This document shows positions 38,335-48,131 of a DNA stretch of 64,000 nucleotides, in pieces. The stretch's first letter is position 1. Every line of letters begins with the position of its first letter. Source of the stretch: an uncultured Rhodospirillales bacterium (GTDB taxonomy: Bacteria; Pseudomonadota; Alphaproteobacteria; CAZRBL01); the NCBI GenBank assembly GCA_964598335.1, contig CAZRBL010000001.1, positions 105,291-169,290 on the forward strand, given 5' to 3'. The notes under the pieces were generated by a model. It was not told the DNA's origin, did no database searches, and was given only the letters and a program-made list of their open reading frames with translations. The position numbers and the translations under genes are program-made.

Positions 38335-39744
38335 TCAGGCAGGCTGTTCGCTGCGAAGGCCGTGCTGGTTCATGAGATTATAGACGGTCGGACGGCTGAC
38401 ATCGAGGATGCGGGCGACCTCGGTCAGGTTGCCGCCGGTCGCCGCGAGCAGATCGATCAGCGCTTCTTTCTCCGCGCGGGTGCGGATTTCCTTCAGCGTC
38501 AGATAGCTGCCGCCATTGACCGCGTCCGGCTCGCTGATGTCGGCGCCGTTGACCGTGCAGGTGGTCGTTTCGCTCGTCGGCAGGTTCAAGTCATCGGCCG
38601 TGATAAACGGCCCGTCGGCAAGCACCAAGGCACGCTTCACCTTGTTCTCAAGCTCGCGGACATTGCCCGGCCAGCGATAGTCGCGGATCGCTGAAATCGC
38701 CTCGCCGCTCAGCTTCGGTACTTTTTTGCCGTTGTCGCTGGCCCAGCCGTCAATGAAATAGCTGGCCAGGATCACCGCGTCGTCTTCGCGGTCACGCAGC
38801 GGCGGGATATCGACCGATATGGTGCTCAGCCGGTAGAACAAATCCTCGCGAAAGGCTTGTTCGGCAATGCGGTTCTGCAAATCCTGATTGGTTGCTGCCA
38901 TCACGCGCACATCGACCGGGATCGAATTTCGGCCGCCGACACGCTCGATGATACGCTCCTCGAGGAAACGCAACAGCTTGGCCTGCAGGCTGATCGGCAT
39001 GTCGCCGATCTCATCCAGAAACAGGGTGCCGCCGCTGGCGGTTTCGACCTTGCCCTTTACCTGCCGATGGGCGCCGGTGAACGCGCCCTTTTCATGACCG
39101 AACAACTCTGATTCCAGGAGGTTTTCCGGGATCGCCGCGCAGTTGATGGCGACGAAGGGCTGATCATGGCGCGGGCTGGCGCGATGCACGGCGCGGGCCA
39201 GCACCTCCTTGCCGGTACCGCTCTCGCCCAGCAGCAGCACATTCATATCCGTCGGCGCGACCTTCTCGATCGTGCGGCAGACCTTCAGCATTGCGGCGCT
39301 GGCCGAAATCACCCCGGCCAGCGGCGTTTTCATGGTCTGTTTCAGGCGCCGGTTCTCGCCTTCCAGCTCGGTAAGCTGAAAAGCACGACCGACAATCAGG
39401 CTCAGCACATCGGCATCGATCGGCTTGTGATAAAAATCATAGGCGCCGAGCCCGACCGCTTCGACAGCATTCTCGCGCTCATCCTGGCCGGTGACGACGA
39501 TGACCTTTGTACGCGGGGCCATGGTGAGGATTTCGGCAAGGGCCTCAAGGCCCTCGCGCGGGCTGTCCGGATCGGGCGGCAGGCCCAGATCAAGCGTGAC
39601 CACCGGCGGACGGTAATCCCGCACGGCCTGGATTGCTTCGCCCCGATCCGAAGCGGTGATGACATCAAAATTGTCAAAGGACCAGCGCAATGTACGCAGG
39701 ATGCCGGGGTCGTCGTCGACCAGAAGCAATTTCGGCTTGCTCAT
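38335..39744 (-). CDS. prsR: Sigma-54-dependent response regulator, PEP-CTERM-box regulator PrsR
   Basis: Receiver domain (LLVDDD...D...K). AAA+ sigma54-activation domain (GESGTGKE, GAFTGA, LFLDEIG). C-terminal Fis-type HTH. Confidence 0.85.
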   Translation of the reverse strand: MSKPKLLLVDDDPGILRTLRWSFDNFDVITASDRGEAIQAVRDYRPPVVTLDLGLPPDPDSPREGLEALAEILTMAPRTKVIVVTGQDERENAVEAVGLGAYDFYHKPIDADVLSLIVGRAFQLTELEGENRRLKQTMKTPLAGVISASAAMLKVCRTIEKVAPTDMNVLLLGESGTGKEVLARAVHRASPRHDQPFVAINCAAIPENLLESELFGHEKGAFTGAHRQVKGKVETASGGTLFLDEIGDMPISLQAKLLRFLEERIIERVGGRNSIPVDVRVMAATNQDLQNRIAEQAFREDLFYRLSTISVDIPPLRDREDDAVILASYFIDGWASDNGKKVPKLSGEAISAIRDYRWPGNVRELENKVKRALVLADGPFITADDLNLPTSETTTCTVNGADISEPDAVNGGSYLTLKEIRTRAEKEALIDLLAATGGNLTEVARILDVSRPTVYNLMNQHGLRSEQPA

Positions 39745-39903
39745 GAGCGCAAACTAGCCATTGCCCCCATTAACGCAAGCTAGCGAAAGTTGTGTTTGGT
39801 ATTTTGTCCGCGTCGGGGACCCGCCCGCCCCCGCCGTCCCATCTGAATGCTTTCATGGGTCGGCGCAGGCGAGCGGGCGGTATCTTGGCCGAAGCCCTGA
39901 AGC

Positions 39904-40506
39904 TTAGCTCGCTTCGTTCATCCGCTGCGTGACGAATTCCCAATCGACCAGTTTGTCGAGGAAGGCTTCGACATAATCCGGGCGCATATTGCGATAGTCG
40001 AGATAATAGGAGTGCTCCCAGACATCGCAGCCCAGCAACGCCGTTTGACCGTGCGCCAGCGGATTTTCCGCATTGGGTGTCTTGGTTACCTTGAGCTGGC
40101 CGTTATCGATCACCAGCCAGCACCAGCCGCTGCCGAACTGGCTGACCCCGGCTTTGACAAATTCGGATTTGAACGCATCGACGCTGCCGAAATCGCTCTT
40201 GATGCGGTTTTCCAGTTCTCCGGGCATGGCACCGCCGCCATTCGGCTTCATCCATTTCCAGAACAGGATATGATTCCAGTGCTGGCCGGCATTGTTGAAA
40301 ATGCCCTGTTGATCCGCCTTGCCGAAGGACCCTTTGACAATGGTCTCAAGATCCTTGCCCTCATATTCCGTGCCTTTGATCAGATCGTTCAGTGTATCGA
40401 CATATTTCTTGTGATGTTTGCCGTGGTGCAACTGCAGCGTCTCCTCCCCCATGACCGGGGCAAGCGCATTATGGGCGTAGGGAAGCGGCTCAAGATCAAA
40501 GGCCAT
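39904..40506 (-). CDS. sodB: Fe/Mn superoxide dismutase
   Basis: HHGKHH N-terminal motif. DVWEHSYY metal-ligand motif. 200 aa. Confidence 0.9.
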   Translation of the reverse strand: MAFDLEPLPYAHNALAPVMGEETLQLHHGKHHKKYVDTLNDLIKGTEYEGKDLETIVKGSFGKADQQGIFNNAGQHWNHILFWKWMKPNGGGAMPGELENRIKSDFGSVDAFKSEFVKAGVSQFGSGWCWLVIDNGQLKVTKTPNAENPLAHGQTALLGCDVWEHSYYLDYRNMRPDYVEAFLDKLVDWEFVTQRMNEAS

Positions 40507-40869
40507 GGTGAGGGTCTCCTATCGTTCTGGGAAAGACGTGTTTGGGTATGAGTGCAACGGGGTTGACTTGGTGACGTTCCGTAGCGCTTTGAAGCCGGGG
40601 GCGCGTCACGGTCGTCATCCGTTTTTGCCTTGCGCGGCGGTCGGCGCTCGGGCTGATTGCTGCCGCGGGGTCGAGCGGGGCTGGGGTGCAGGGGGACCGG
40701 AATAGTCCGAAAATGCTACAGATCATCGATCCTGACGAACGCGATCCCGCAATTCTTGCGGCGGTCGAGAAGAGCATTCCGAACTTTTTCACCGCCGAAA
40801 CACCTTGGGAAGGCCACCTCAATGGATGGCGGCAATACGCACGAGAACGGCAGCCTGTGACGCGCTGAC

Positions 40870-42978
40870 CTATTCCGCCGCCAGCTCTTCATTCTTGGCC
40901 AGCGGCAGGAAGAGTTGCACTGTGGTGCCTTCGCCCGGCGTGCTGTCAATCACGCAGCGGCCGCCAAAGCGTTCGACGAATTCTCGAGTTTGAAACAGGC
41001 CGATGCCGAAGCCGCCGCTTTTCTGGCTGCGGCTGAAGGGGCGATTCAACCGTTCGGCGATGAAAGCCTCGGTCATGCCGGGCCCGTCATCGCTGACCCG
41101 GATCACCGCCTCACCGCCCCGCCGCGCCAATCCGAGCTCAAAACGGCCCTCCCGGCCGGTGGCTTCCAGCGCGTTGTGCAGCAGGTTGTCGACGATCGAG
41201 CCCAGCCCGAGCCCGTCCACCGGCACATTGATGACCTCATCGGGCAGCGTGAGTCTGAGATGAGGCATCAGGCTTTTCATGCCGTCCGCCGCTTCGCGGA
41301 GCAGCAGGGCAAGATTGACCGGCTCGACCGGCCCGCCGTTGTGATCCTGATCCTTCAGGCGCACCAGCATCGAGCGCATTTTCTCGACCGAATTGGTCAC
41401 CGTCTCCAGCGCGTCGCGCTGGAATTCGGGGTTGTCGCCATGTTTATGCGCGTTCTGTGTGATCAGCGAGAGCTGGCTGACGAGGTTTTTCAGATCATGG
41501 GCGACAAAGCTGAAATTCTTGCTGATCTGCTCAAACCGTTGGGCTTCGAGAAGCTGACGCGTTGCAAGATCCTCGGCGATATAGCTGCCGGTCTGGATCG
41601 ACAGGATTTCCATCAGATCTCTGTCCTCCCAGGTCAGCGGCCGTTCGATCCGCCGGTCGCATAGCAGCAGCGCGCCGACCAGGCTGGCGCTGTGCCGCAG
41701 CGGGATCAGCAGCCAGGGCCGCTCCAGCTTCGCGGCCCAATCGGCAATCGGCCCTTTTGGGGGGTCTGACAGCTCAAGCGCCGCCGCTTCGCCCGCAAGC
41801 CGTTCTATCAGCGCCGGCGGCAGGTTCGGCATATGCGTCACGCTTGACAGGTTGAGCCGCGCGACAAGGCTGAAGGTGCCGCCCCGCTGGGCCAGAAAAA
41901 GCGCGCCCCGATCGCAGTCGAAAATGTCGACGAAGGCGCGGACCGCCCGACCGTACAGCCCGGCATCATAGCCTTCGCGGCTGGTCATCCGGCGAATGAA
42001 GCGCAGCCATTCGACGCGGTAATCATAATGGAAGGTGAAGAAATTGCGGGTGATCAGCCGCCGCAGCTGGGTACGGACGCGCGGTGAAAGCAGCACCAGC
42101 GCCAGTACCATCAACGCGCCGAAAACCATCACGATCTGCACGACCGGACCGATCAGCTCACCGCTTTGTTGCAGGTAAAAGCCCAGCGCGCCGACCGCGA
42201 GCAGATACAGCCCGGTCAGGATCAGGGTTGTCGAATGGACCATGGCATCGCGTGATAAGGCGACGCGGAACTGCGCCCCGCGTGTGCGCGCCACCGATAC
42301 CAGCAGCATCGGCAGCACGATGACCCCGACAAGCACCCGGGCGCTGTCCAGCACCGTACCGATATCCTCCAGCAGCAATGCCTGAACATGATAGGCAAGC
42401 TCGAAGGCGAGCCACAGCGCCGAGCCGATGATCAGATGCTTGAAGGTCCAGCCGATCCGTTGTTGTGCATGCTGGAACAGATTTTCGACCAGCAGAATGC
42501 CGAGCAGGGTGAGGCCGAGCAGGGCGAACCGATGTACGTCGATCATCACCGGTAAACCGATCAGCTGGGCAAGCGGCGGGTCGATCAGGGCGCCGTCGAC
42601 GATCCCGATCGCCGTCAGGATCGCGGCGCCGATTGCGATCGGCTGCCTTAGCCAGGTTTGCGCTCCTTCCACCCGGATCAGGTCGAGGGCTGCGAAAATC
42701 AGCAGCGCCCAGGCGGCGGTTCTGGACACATCAAGCATCCGGACAGCCGGTTCGAGAAACGGCAAAGACGGCATCAGCGTTGCCAGCGCTACGGCGCCGG
42801 CCCAACCTGCCGACAGCACTGACAAGAGTGTGAGACTGCGCAAAACGCCTTGCCGCATCGATCGTCGCGAACGGCCGAACAGCACGATCAGGACGACCGC
42901 GCTATAAGCGACCGCACCGATAAGATGGGCTCCGACGATCACGCTTTGCGCTGACAGGCTGAAAACGGTTGTATCCAC
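40870..42978 (-). CDS. prsK: PEP-CTERM system sensor histidine kinase PrsK
   Basis: ~10-TM N-terminal domain, GAF-like region, HisKA (FVAHDLKN), HATPase_c (GFGIGL). 702 aa. Belongs to the XrtA-associated family. Confidence 0.8.
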   Translation of the reverse strand: MDTTVFSLSAQSVIVGAHLIGAVAYSAVVLIVLFGRSRRSMRQGVLRSLTLLSVLSAGWAGAVALATLMPSLPFLEPAVRMLDVSRTAAWALLIFAALDLIRVEGAQTWLRQPIAIGAAILTAIGIVDGALIDPPLAQLIGLPVMIDVHRFALLGLTLLGILLVENLFQHAQQRIGWTFKHLIIGSALWLAFELAYHVQALLLEDIGTVLDSARVLVGVIVLPMLLVSVARTRGAQFRVALSRDAMVHSTTLILTGLYLLAVGALGFYLQQSGELIGPVVQIVMVFGALMVLALVLLSPRVRTQLRRLITRNFFTFHYDYRVEWLRFIRRMTSREGYDAGLYGRAVRAFVDIFDCDRGALFLAQRGGTFSLVARLNLSSVTHMPNLPPALIERLAGEAAALELSDPPKGPIADWAAKLERPWLLIPLRHSASLVGALLLCDRRIERPLTWEDRDLMEILSIQTGSYIAEDLATRQLLEAQRFEQISKNFSFVAHDLKNLVSQLSLITQNAHKHGDNPEFQRDALETVTNSVEKMRSMLVRLKDQDHNGGPVEPVNLALLLREAADGMKSLMPHLRLTLPDEVINVPVDGLGLGSIVDNLLHNALEATGREGRFELGLARRGGEAVIRVSDDGPGMTEAFIAERLNRPFSRSQKSGGFGIGLFQTREFVERFGGRCVIDSTPGEGTTVQLFLPLAKNEELAAE

Positions 42979-43020
42979 GGGCTTGGGCGCAGCTTCAGCT
43001 TGGGTTAAAGACCCTGCAGA

Positions 43021-44190
43021 GTGTATTCTCTTGGAGCGGATAAGGAAATTGCCGGTTTGAGTGCGCTTACCAGCCGTTTCGAGCCGCTGTCCGACCGACA
43101 GCAGGCGGTGACGCTATACGCTCGTCTTGCAGCGGCGCAGGGGTTTTTCCTGTCTCCGGCCTGGATCCGGCCCTGGCTGGCGGCCGTGCCGGCTGACCAT
43201 GCGCTTTGGCTGTTTCAGGCGCTTCGGGATAACCGGCCGATTGCGGCGGCGGTGATCGGCTTCCATCAGAACAAGGACGTCGGCCTCATCGCGGGCCGCA
43301 ACGCCTATCTGCATGAGACCGGCCTGCGCAGGCTCGACCGTCTCGAGATCGAAGATAACGGGCTGTGTTTTGTCGACGGATTGGACGATAGCGACCGCTT
43401 GCGCGTTGTCGGGCTTCTCCGAACCGCGTTGTCGACAGAGCTGTGCGATGAGGTGATCCTGCGCAATCTCGCGCCCGATCAGGCTGCCTTGTTTGAACAG
43501 GCATTCACTGGCGGACCGTTTCACCGGCTGCAGCGTCAGACGGCGCCGCGGCCTTGGGTCGATCTCAGCGCCGTTGCCGGGATGGATGATGTCGCCGGAG
43601 CCTACCTCAAATCGCTCAGCCGCAACAGCCGGCAGGCGCTTCAGCGGAGCAAGCGCCTCTATGCCGAGCGCGGCGCCCTGAGGCTGGAGCGGGCGGAAAC
43701 GGTTGCTCAGGGGCTCGAGTTTTTCGACCGTCTCAAGGTGCTGCATCAAGAGTCATGGCGGCGGCGTGATCGTGCCGATGCGTTTGAGGGCGGCTATTTC
43801 GAGCCGATGCATCGCGATCTGATCGCGGGCTCATTGCCGGCTGGGCAGGTCGATCTGCTGCATATCAGGGCGGGCGATGAAACGCTCGGTTATCTCTATA
43901 ACTTCGTCCATGGCGGCTGGATACACAGCTATCAAAGCGGCTTCGCCCAAGCTGAAGATAATCGTCTCAAGCCGGGGCTGGTCTGCCACCACCTGGCAAT
44001 TGTCGACGCTGCCTCGCGCGGGCTGCGCGCCTATGATTTTCTCGGCGGCGACGCCCGTTACAAACGCAGCCTGGGCAATCGCGTCGATGAGCTGATCTCG
44101 TTGCGCTTTGCCGCCAGCTCTTTCCGTGGTCAGCTTCGGCGTGCCGCCCAGACCGTCAGGTCTGCGCTAAGGCCGCGCGGAAAATCTTGA
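43021..44190 (+). CDS. GNAT-family (CelD / BioF2-like) acyltransferase
   Basis: Acetyltransf_6-like C-terminal half (LLHIRAGDETLGYLYNFVHGGWIHSYQSGF). GTG start. 389 aa. Confidence 0.65.
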   Translation: MYSLGADKEIAGLSALTSRFEPLSDRQQAVTLYARLAAAQGFFLSPAWIRPWLAAVPADHALWLFQALRDNRPIAAAVIGFHQNKDVGLIAGRNAYLHETGLRRLDRLEIEDNGLCFVDGLDDSDRLRVVGLLRTALSTELCDEVILRNLAPDQAALFEQAFTGGPFHRLQRQTAPRPWVDLSAVAGMDDVAGAYLKSLSRNSRQALQRSKRLYAERGALRLERAETVAQGLEFFDRLKVLHQESWRRRDRADAFEGGYFEPMHRDLIAGSLPAGQVDLLHIRAGDETLGYLYNFVHGGWIHSYQSGFAQAEDNRLKPGLVCHHLAIVDAASRGLRAYDFLGGDARYKRSLGNRVDELISLRFAASSFRGQLRRAAQTVRSALRPRGKS

Positions 44191-45349
44191 GCTGCCCGGC
44201 GCTGGTCGCCTGCCAGGAGAATTGTTCGGCGAAAGCGCGGGTCGCAGCACGCCGAGGCGGGGCTTTCAGAAGCGCGCGCGCCGTCGCGGCGATCGCCCCG
44301 GCGCTGCGTTCGGGGATCAGCGCGCCGGCGTCGGGATCGGTGATCAGCTCGGGCGCACCCCAGACAGCCGTTGCGGCGACCGGTGTCCCGCAGGCCATCG
44401 CTTCAAGCAGCACATTCGCCCAGCCCTCGCGGTCCGACGCAAGTACCAGCAAATCGGCGGCGCTGTAGATGTCGGCAAGCGATTCATGCGGCACCGCGCC
44501 GAGGAAGCGCACACGGTCCGCGACGCCGCGATCCCGGGCTCTGGCTTTCAGCGCCGACTCATTCGGACCGTCGCCGGCGATCAGCAGGGTCGCGTCCGGC
44601 AGTTCGCCCATCGCATCGATGATCAGATGATGGCCCTTGCGGTCGATGAGATGGCCGACCGAGAGTAAAACCGGCCGGTCGTCCAGATCCAGCCCGGCGC
44701 GGACGTCCCCGCGCCGGCGCGGGGTGAAGAGTGTGAGATCGACCCCGTTGCGCAGCACCGTCACATGGTCTTCGGCGATACCGAGATCGTCGGTCAAGAC
44801 GGCTTTCAGCGCTGCGCTCACGGTAATGCAATGGGCCGCCTGACGGGCGGCACGAATGACCGCCTGGCGCGGCCCCTGGATCTGCGGAATAAGGTTGAGG
44901 TCGGTGCCGCGGCCGGTAATCACCACCGGCTTGCCATAGCGCTGTCCGAGCCGGACCGCCGCGACACCATCCGGGTAGAAGTAATGCGCGTCGATTAGAT
45001 CGAAATCGAAGCCTTGCGCGATGAGGCGGTCGATATGCCTTGCTGCGGACCGGTACATCAAGGACGGCGTCAGCCGCATGCCGATCTTGGGGATCAGCGG
45101 ATAGCGTGGATGGGTGATCGCGATACCATGCCGTTCCGCCGTCTTTGGCGCGCGAGCATAGGCGCGATAGGTCTTGAAGAGGGGGGTGTCGAGGGGAAAC
45201 CAGGGCACCGGCGCGACGACCCGGGCCGCAACTTCCCCGGTCGCCAGCACATGACGCAGCCGGTTCTCGACGAAGACGCCGTGCCGCGGCATGGCGGCGT
45301 TGGGATACAATGTGCTGAAGACCAGCAGCCGGATCGGTGTTTCCTTCAT
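44156..45349 (-). CDS. Glycosyltransferase family 4 (GT-B)
   Basis: C-terminal EX7E-type motif region (EGWANVLLEAMACGTPV). 397 aa. Confidence 0.85.
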   Translation of the reverse strand: MKETPIRLLVFSTLYPNAAMPRHGVFVENRLRHVLATGEVAARVVAPVPWFPLDTPLFKTYRAYARAPKTAERHGIAITHPRYPLIPKIGMRLTPSLMYRSAARHIDRLIAQGFDFDLIDAHYFYPDGVAAVRLGQRYGKPVVITGRGTDLNLIPQIQGPRQAVIRAARQAAHCITVSAALKAVLTDDLGIAEDHVTVLRNGVDLTLFTPRRRGDVRAGLDLDDRPVLLSVGHLIDRKGHHLIIDAMGELPDATLLIAGDGPNESALKARARDRGVADRVRFLGAVPHESLADIYSAADLLVLASDREGWANVLLEAMACGTPVAATAVWGAPELITDPDAGALIPERSAGAIAATARALLKAPPRRAATRAFAEQFSWQATSAGQLKIFRAALAQT

Positions 45350-46260
45350 GCAAGGCTGTCGAGTGTAACCCGCAGACCCTCCGCCAGCGTCTTTTCGGCA
45401 TGCAGGCCGAGAATCCCGGCAGCTTTGTCTGGCAGGCCGACCGAATGGCGGATATCGCCGGTTCGGGCCGGGCCGTGTTCAATGACAGCCTCGAGGCCCA
45501 ATGTGCCTGCCATGGTTTTTGCCAAATCGATAATCGTGCAACGTCGACCGGTGCAGACATTCATCACCGGCGCGGCGGTGTCGGCCTTGTCCATGGCGGC
45601 CGTCAAATGGCGGACCACATCGCCGACATAGATGAAATCACGGCTTTGCAGTCCATCGCCGAAGACGGTTAACGCTTTGCCCCGGCTCAGCCGGTCGGCG
45701 AAGATCGAGATCACGCCCGAATAAGGCGATTTCGGGTCCTGACGCGGGCCGTAAACATTGAAGAAGCGCAGCCCGGCGCTGCGCAGGCCGTGAATCTGAC
45801 CGCCGAGTGCCGCATGCTGCTCATTGGCCAGCTTGTCCGCGCCATAGGCGGTCAGCGGCGCCGGCGGGATCGTCTCATCGACCGGCTGTACCGCGGGATC
45901 GCCGTAAACTGCTGCCGATGAAGCGTAGACCACGGGAATATCGGCTTTCCGGCAGGCCTCGAAGACGGTCACCGTCCCGCCGGCATTGACCGCATGGCTC
46001 GCCGCCCAGCGTTCATTGCATTGCGGCACCGAAGCAATCGCGGCGAGATGGAAGACCCCGTCCACCGCCGCTGTCGCTTCAGCGACCGTGTCTTCATCGC
46101 AGATTGTGCCGACGATCAGCCGGGCGGCCGGGTCGAGATTACCCCGCTTGCCGCTCGACAGATCGTCAAGCACGTCCACCTCATGGCCGCCTGCCAGGAG
46201 GGCATCCACCAGATGCGAGCCGATAAAACCGGCGCCGCCGGTGACAAGAAAACGAGACAT
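45346..46260 (-). CDS. NAD-dependent epimerase/dehydratase (UDP-sugar 4-epimerase-like)
   Basis: FLVTGGAGFIGSHL Rossmann motif. YxxxK (YGADKLANE). 304 aa. Confidence 0.85.
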   Translation of the reverse strand: MSRFLVTGGAGFIGSHLVDALLAGGHEVDVLDDLSSGKRGNLDPAARLIVGTICDEDTVAEATAAVDGVFHLAAIASVPQCNERWAASHAVNAGGTVTVFEACRKADIPVVYASSAAVYGDPAVQPVDETIPPAPLTAYGADKLANEQHAALGGQIHGLRSAGLRFFNVYGPRQDPKSPYSGVISIFADRLSRGKALTVFGDGLQSRDFIYVGDVVRHLTAAMDKADTAAPVMNVCTGRRCTIIDLAKTMAGTLGLEAVIEHGPARTGDIRHSVGLPDKAAGILGLHAEKTLAEGLRVTLDSLA

Positions 46261-46274
46261 GGTTCCTTACCCTG

Positions 46275-47027
46275 TCAGCGATAGCGGACCCTGTACCACA
46301 GGTTTCCGGTCCATTCGTGGAAGCCGTAATAGGCGGCCTGCATGGCAAAGGCATTAGGCAGCAAATCCTCGAGGTCAAAATGATAAATGCCGACCGTCGA
46401 CAGCGGCGCCGGTATCGCCGTGATGTCCTGTTGCTCGAAACTCCAGACCGCGCGCCGCTGATGCCAGCTATGGGTAACGACCAGAACCCGGTCTATGCCG
46501 TCCCTCTTCAACAAGTCGGCGCTGAATTGTGCGTTTTGATAGGTATTGCCGGCCCGTGTTTCGCGCCATGTGACCGGGATACCGAAATCCGCTTCCATCG
46601 TTTCCGCCATCAGGTCGGCTATGGCCCTGCTTTCGCTCGACAGCTTCCCGCCCGTTACCAGAACGGGCAGCTCTGATCGCCGCGCCAACCGCGCCCCGAA
46701 ATGCATCCGTTCGAGCGTGGCGCCGTCCGGGGCGGTGCCGCCCAGATGCGCGGTATTGGCCTGCTCGCCGGCCGACAGGATGACGATGGCCTGAGGCGGC
46801 GCGTCACTCTGCATCAGGGCTTCAAGCCGCGGCGGTGTCAGCGGCGGCGCGATTTCCAGCGTCTTGCGCAGGAAATGCGAGGTCGGCGCGAGGCAGGAAA
46901 CATAGGCCGCCGCCAGAAGAACGAAGCCGAGCTGCTTGAGCCTCCGCTGTTTCAGCCAGAAGGCCGCCGCCAGTGCCAGCGCGGCGCAGGTGAAAAAGCC
47001 GAAGGGCGGCAGGAGAAGGCCCTTCAT
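46275..47027 (-). CDS. DUF218 / YdcF-family (ElyC/SanA-like) protein
   Basis: Single N-terminal TM segment and a DUF218 core. 250 aa. Sits in the xrtA operon. Confidence 0.7.
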   Translation of the reverse strand: MKGLLLPPFGFFTCAALALAAAFWLKQRRLKQLGFVLLAAAYVSCLAPTSHFLRKTLEIAPPLTPPRLEALMQSDAPPQAIVILSAGEQANTAHLGGTAPDGATLERMHFGARLARRSELPVLVTGGKLSSESRAIADLMAETMEADFGIPVTWRETRAGNTYQNAQFSADLLKRDGIDRVLVVTHSWHQRRAVWSFEQQDITAIPAPLSTVGIYHFDLEDLLPNAFAMQAAYYGFHEWTGNLWYRVRYR

Positions 47028-47054
47028 CGGGCGTCCCTGTAATGCGGGGTCGGA

Positions 47055-48041
47055 TCAGGCGGCCTGTGTCGGGCCGTCTATGCGCGGCTCGCCGTCATCG
47101 GCCGGATCGTCCTTGCCGCGGATTTTCAGCCCGAGCCACATCAGCCCGAACATGATGAAGGCAAAATAGAACCAGCCATACAGCAGGTGATCGGCGACGA
47201 TTTCGGCCTGGCTGTCAGTCAGGTGGGCGATATAGATGATCCCGAAAACGCGGACCCAATTGGCAACGATCGACACGACGATTGAGATCACGACGCACAA
47301 TATGCGCGCCGTCCAACTCCGGTAGGTCAGATAGGCGAACAGCGTCGACAAGGCGATGGCGACGAGCAGGAAGTTCAGCCCGGCGCAGCCCTCTGCGACC
47401 TCATAAAGGCCTGTCGGAACCTGAACGTAAAAGTTTTCCCAGGTGACGAAGGTCGGCACCTCGACCCAGCGCAGCCACATCACGGAAAAATAGGTGGACG
47501 CCCATTGCATCGGCCATAGCAGATAAGAGCCGGTCGGCACGATCAGCCAGAGATAGTTGAACGGAAAGGCGAAGCGCCAGTAAATGGTCCAGCCCAGCAC
47601 CGCCATCAGCACGACCTGAATGGCGGCGACCAGCGCGAATTGCATCCCTTCATTGATATCGAGGAAAAAGCCGACCGCATACATTGCCAACGGCACGACC
47701 ATCAGGCCGGTAAAGCGCCAATCCGGTCGCGGCGTCATGCCGAGCAACTCGTCACGGCGTTCCCATAACAACCAGGCGGAGATCAGGGGGATCAGCAGGC
47801 AATATGTATAGGCATTGCTGTTGAGCCATTGATAGGCGGCAAGGCTGACCGGCTCCCAGCCAAGCGCGACGATGATCGCGACGGCGACGGCGATCAAGAT
47901 GCTCGCGCGCTGCCAGCTCAAAGTCGGGCCGAACCAGCCGCCGCCCTCACCGCTGCGGCTGCCGGCATCGTCCGCAGCAGACGCCGGAGCAAGTTCATTC
48001 TGCGTTTCCGCGTCGGTTTTCCTGACAGCGCTGCTCGTCAT
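47055..48041 (-). CDS. xrtA: Exosortase A (EpsH)
   Basis: 8-TM protein with the exosortase catalytic signatures EVAEGCAG (Cys) and NWVRV (Arg). 328 aa. Confidence 0.85.
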   Translation of the reverse strand: MTSSAVRKTDAETQNELAPASAADDAGSRSGEGGGWFGPTLSWQRASILIAVAVAIIVALGWEPVSLAAYQWLNSNAYTYCLLIPLISAWLLWERRDELLGMTPRPDWRFTGLMVVPLAMYAVGFFLDINEGMQFALVAAIQVVLMAVLGWTIYWRFAFPFNYLWLIVPTGSYLLWPMQWASTYFSVMWLRWVEVPTFVTWENFYVQVPTGLYEVAEGCAGLNFLLVAIALSTLFAYLTYRSWTARILCVVISIVVSIVANWVRVFGIIYIAHLTDSQAEIVADHLLYGWFYFAFIMFGLMWLGLKIRGKDDPADDGEPRIDGPTQAA

Positions 48042-48131
48042 GCTCAGCTCTCGAAGAGGGGGGCGAGGACGCCCGTTTATGTGTCAGCCGGAAGGCACAA
48101 AGGCAAGAAAAAGCGCCCGGCACCTGATGCT

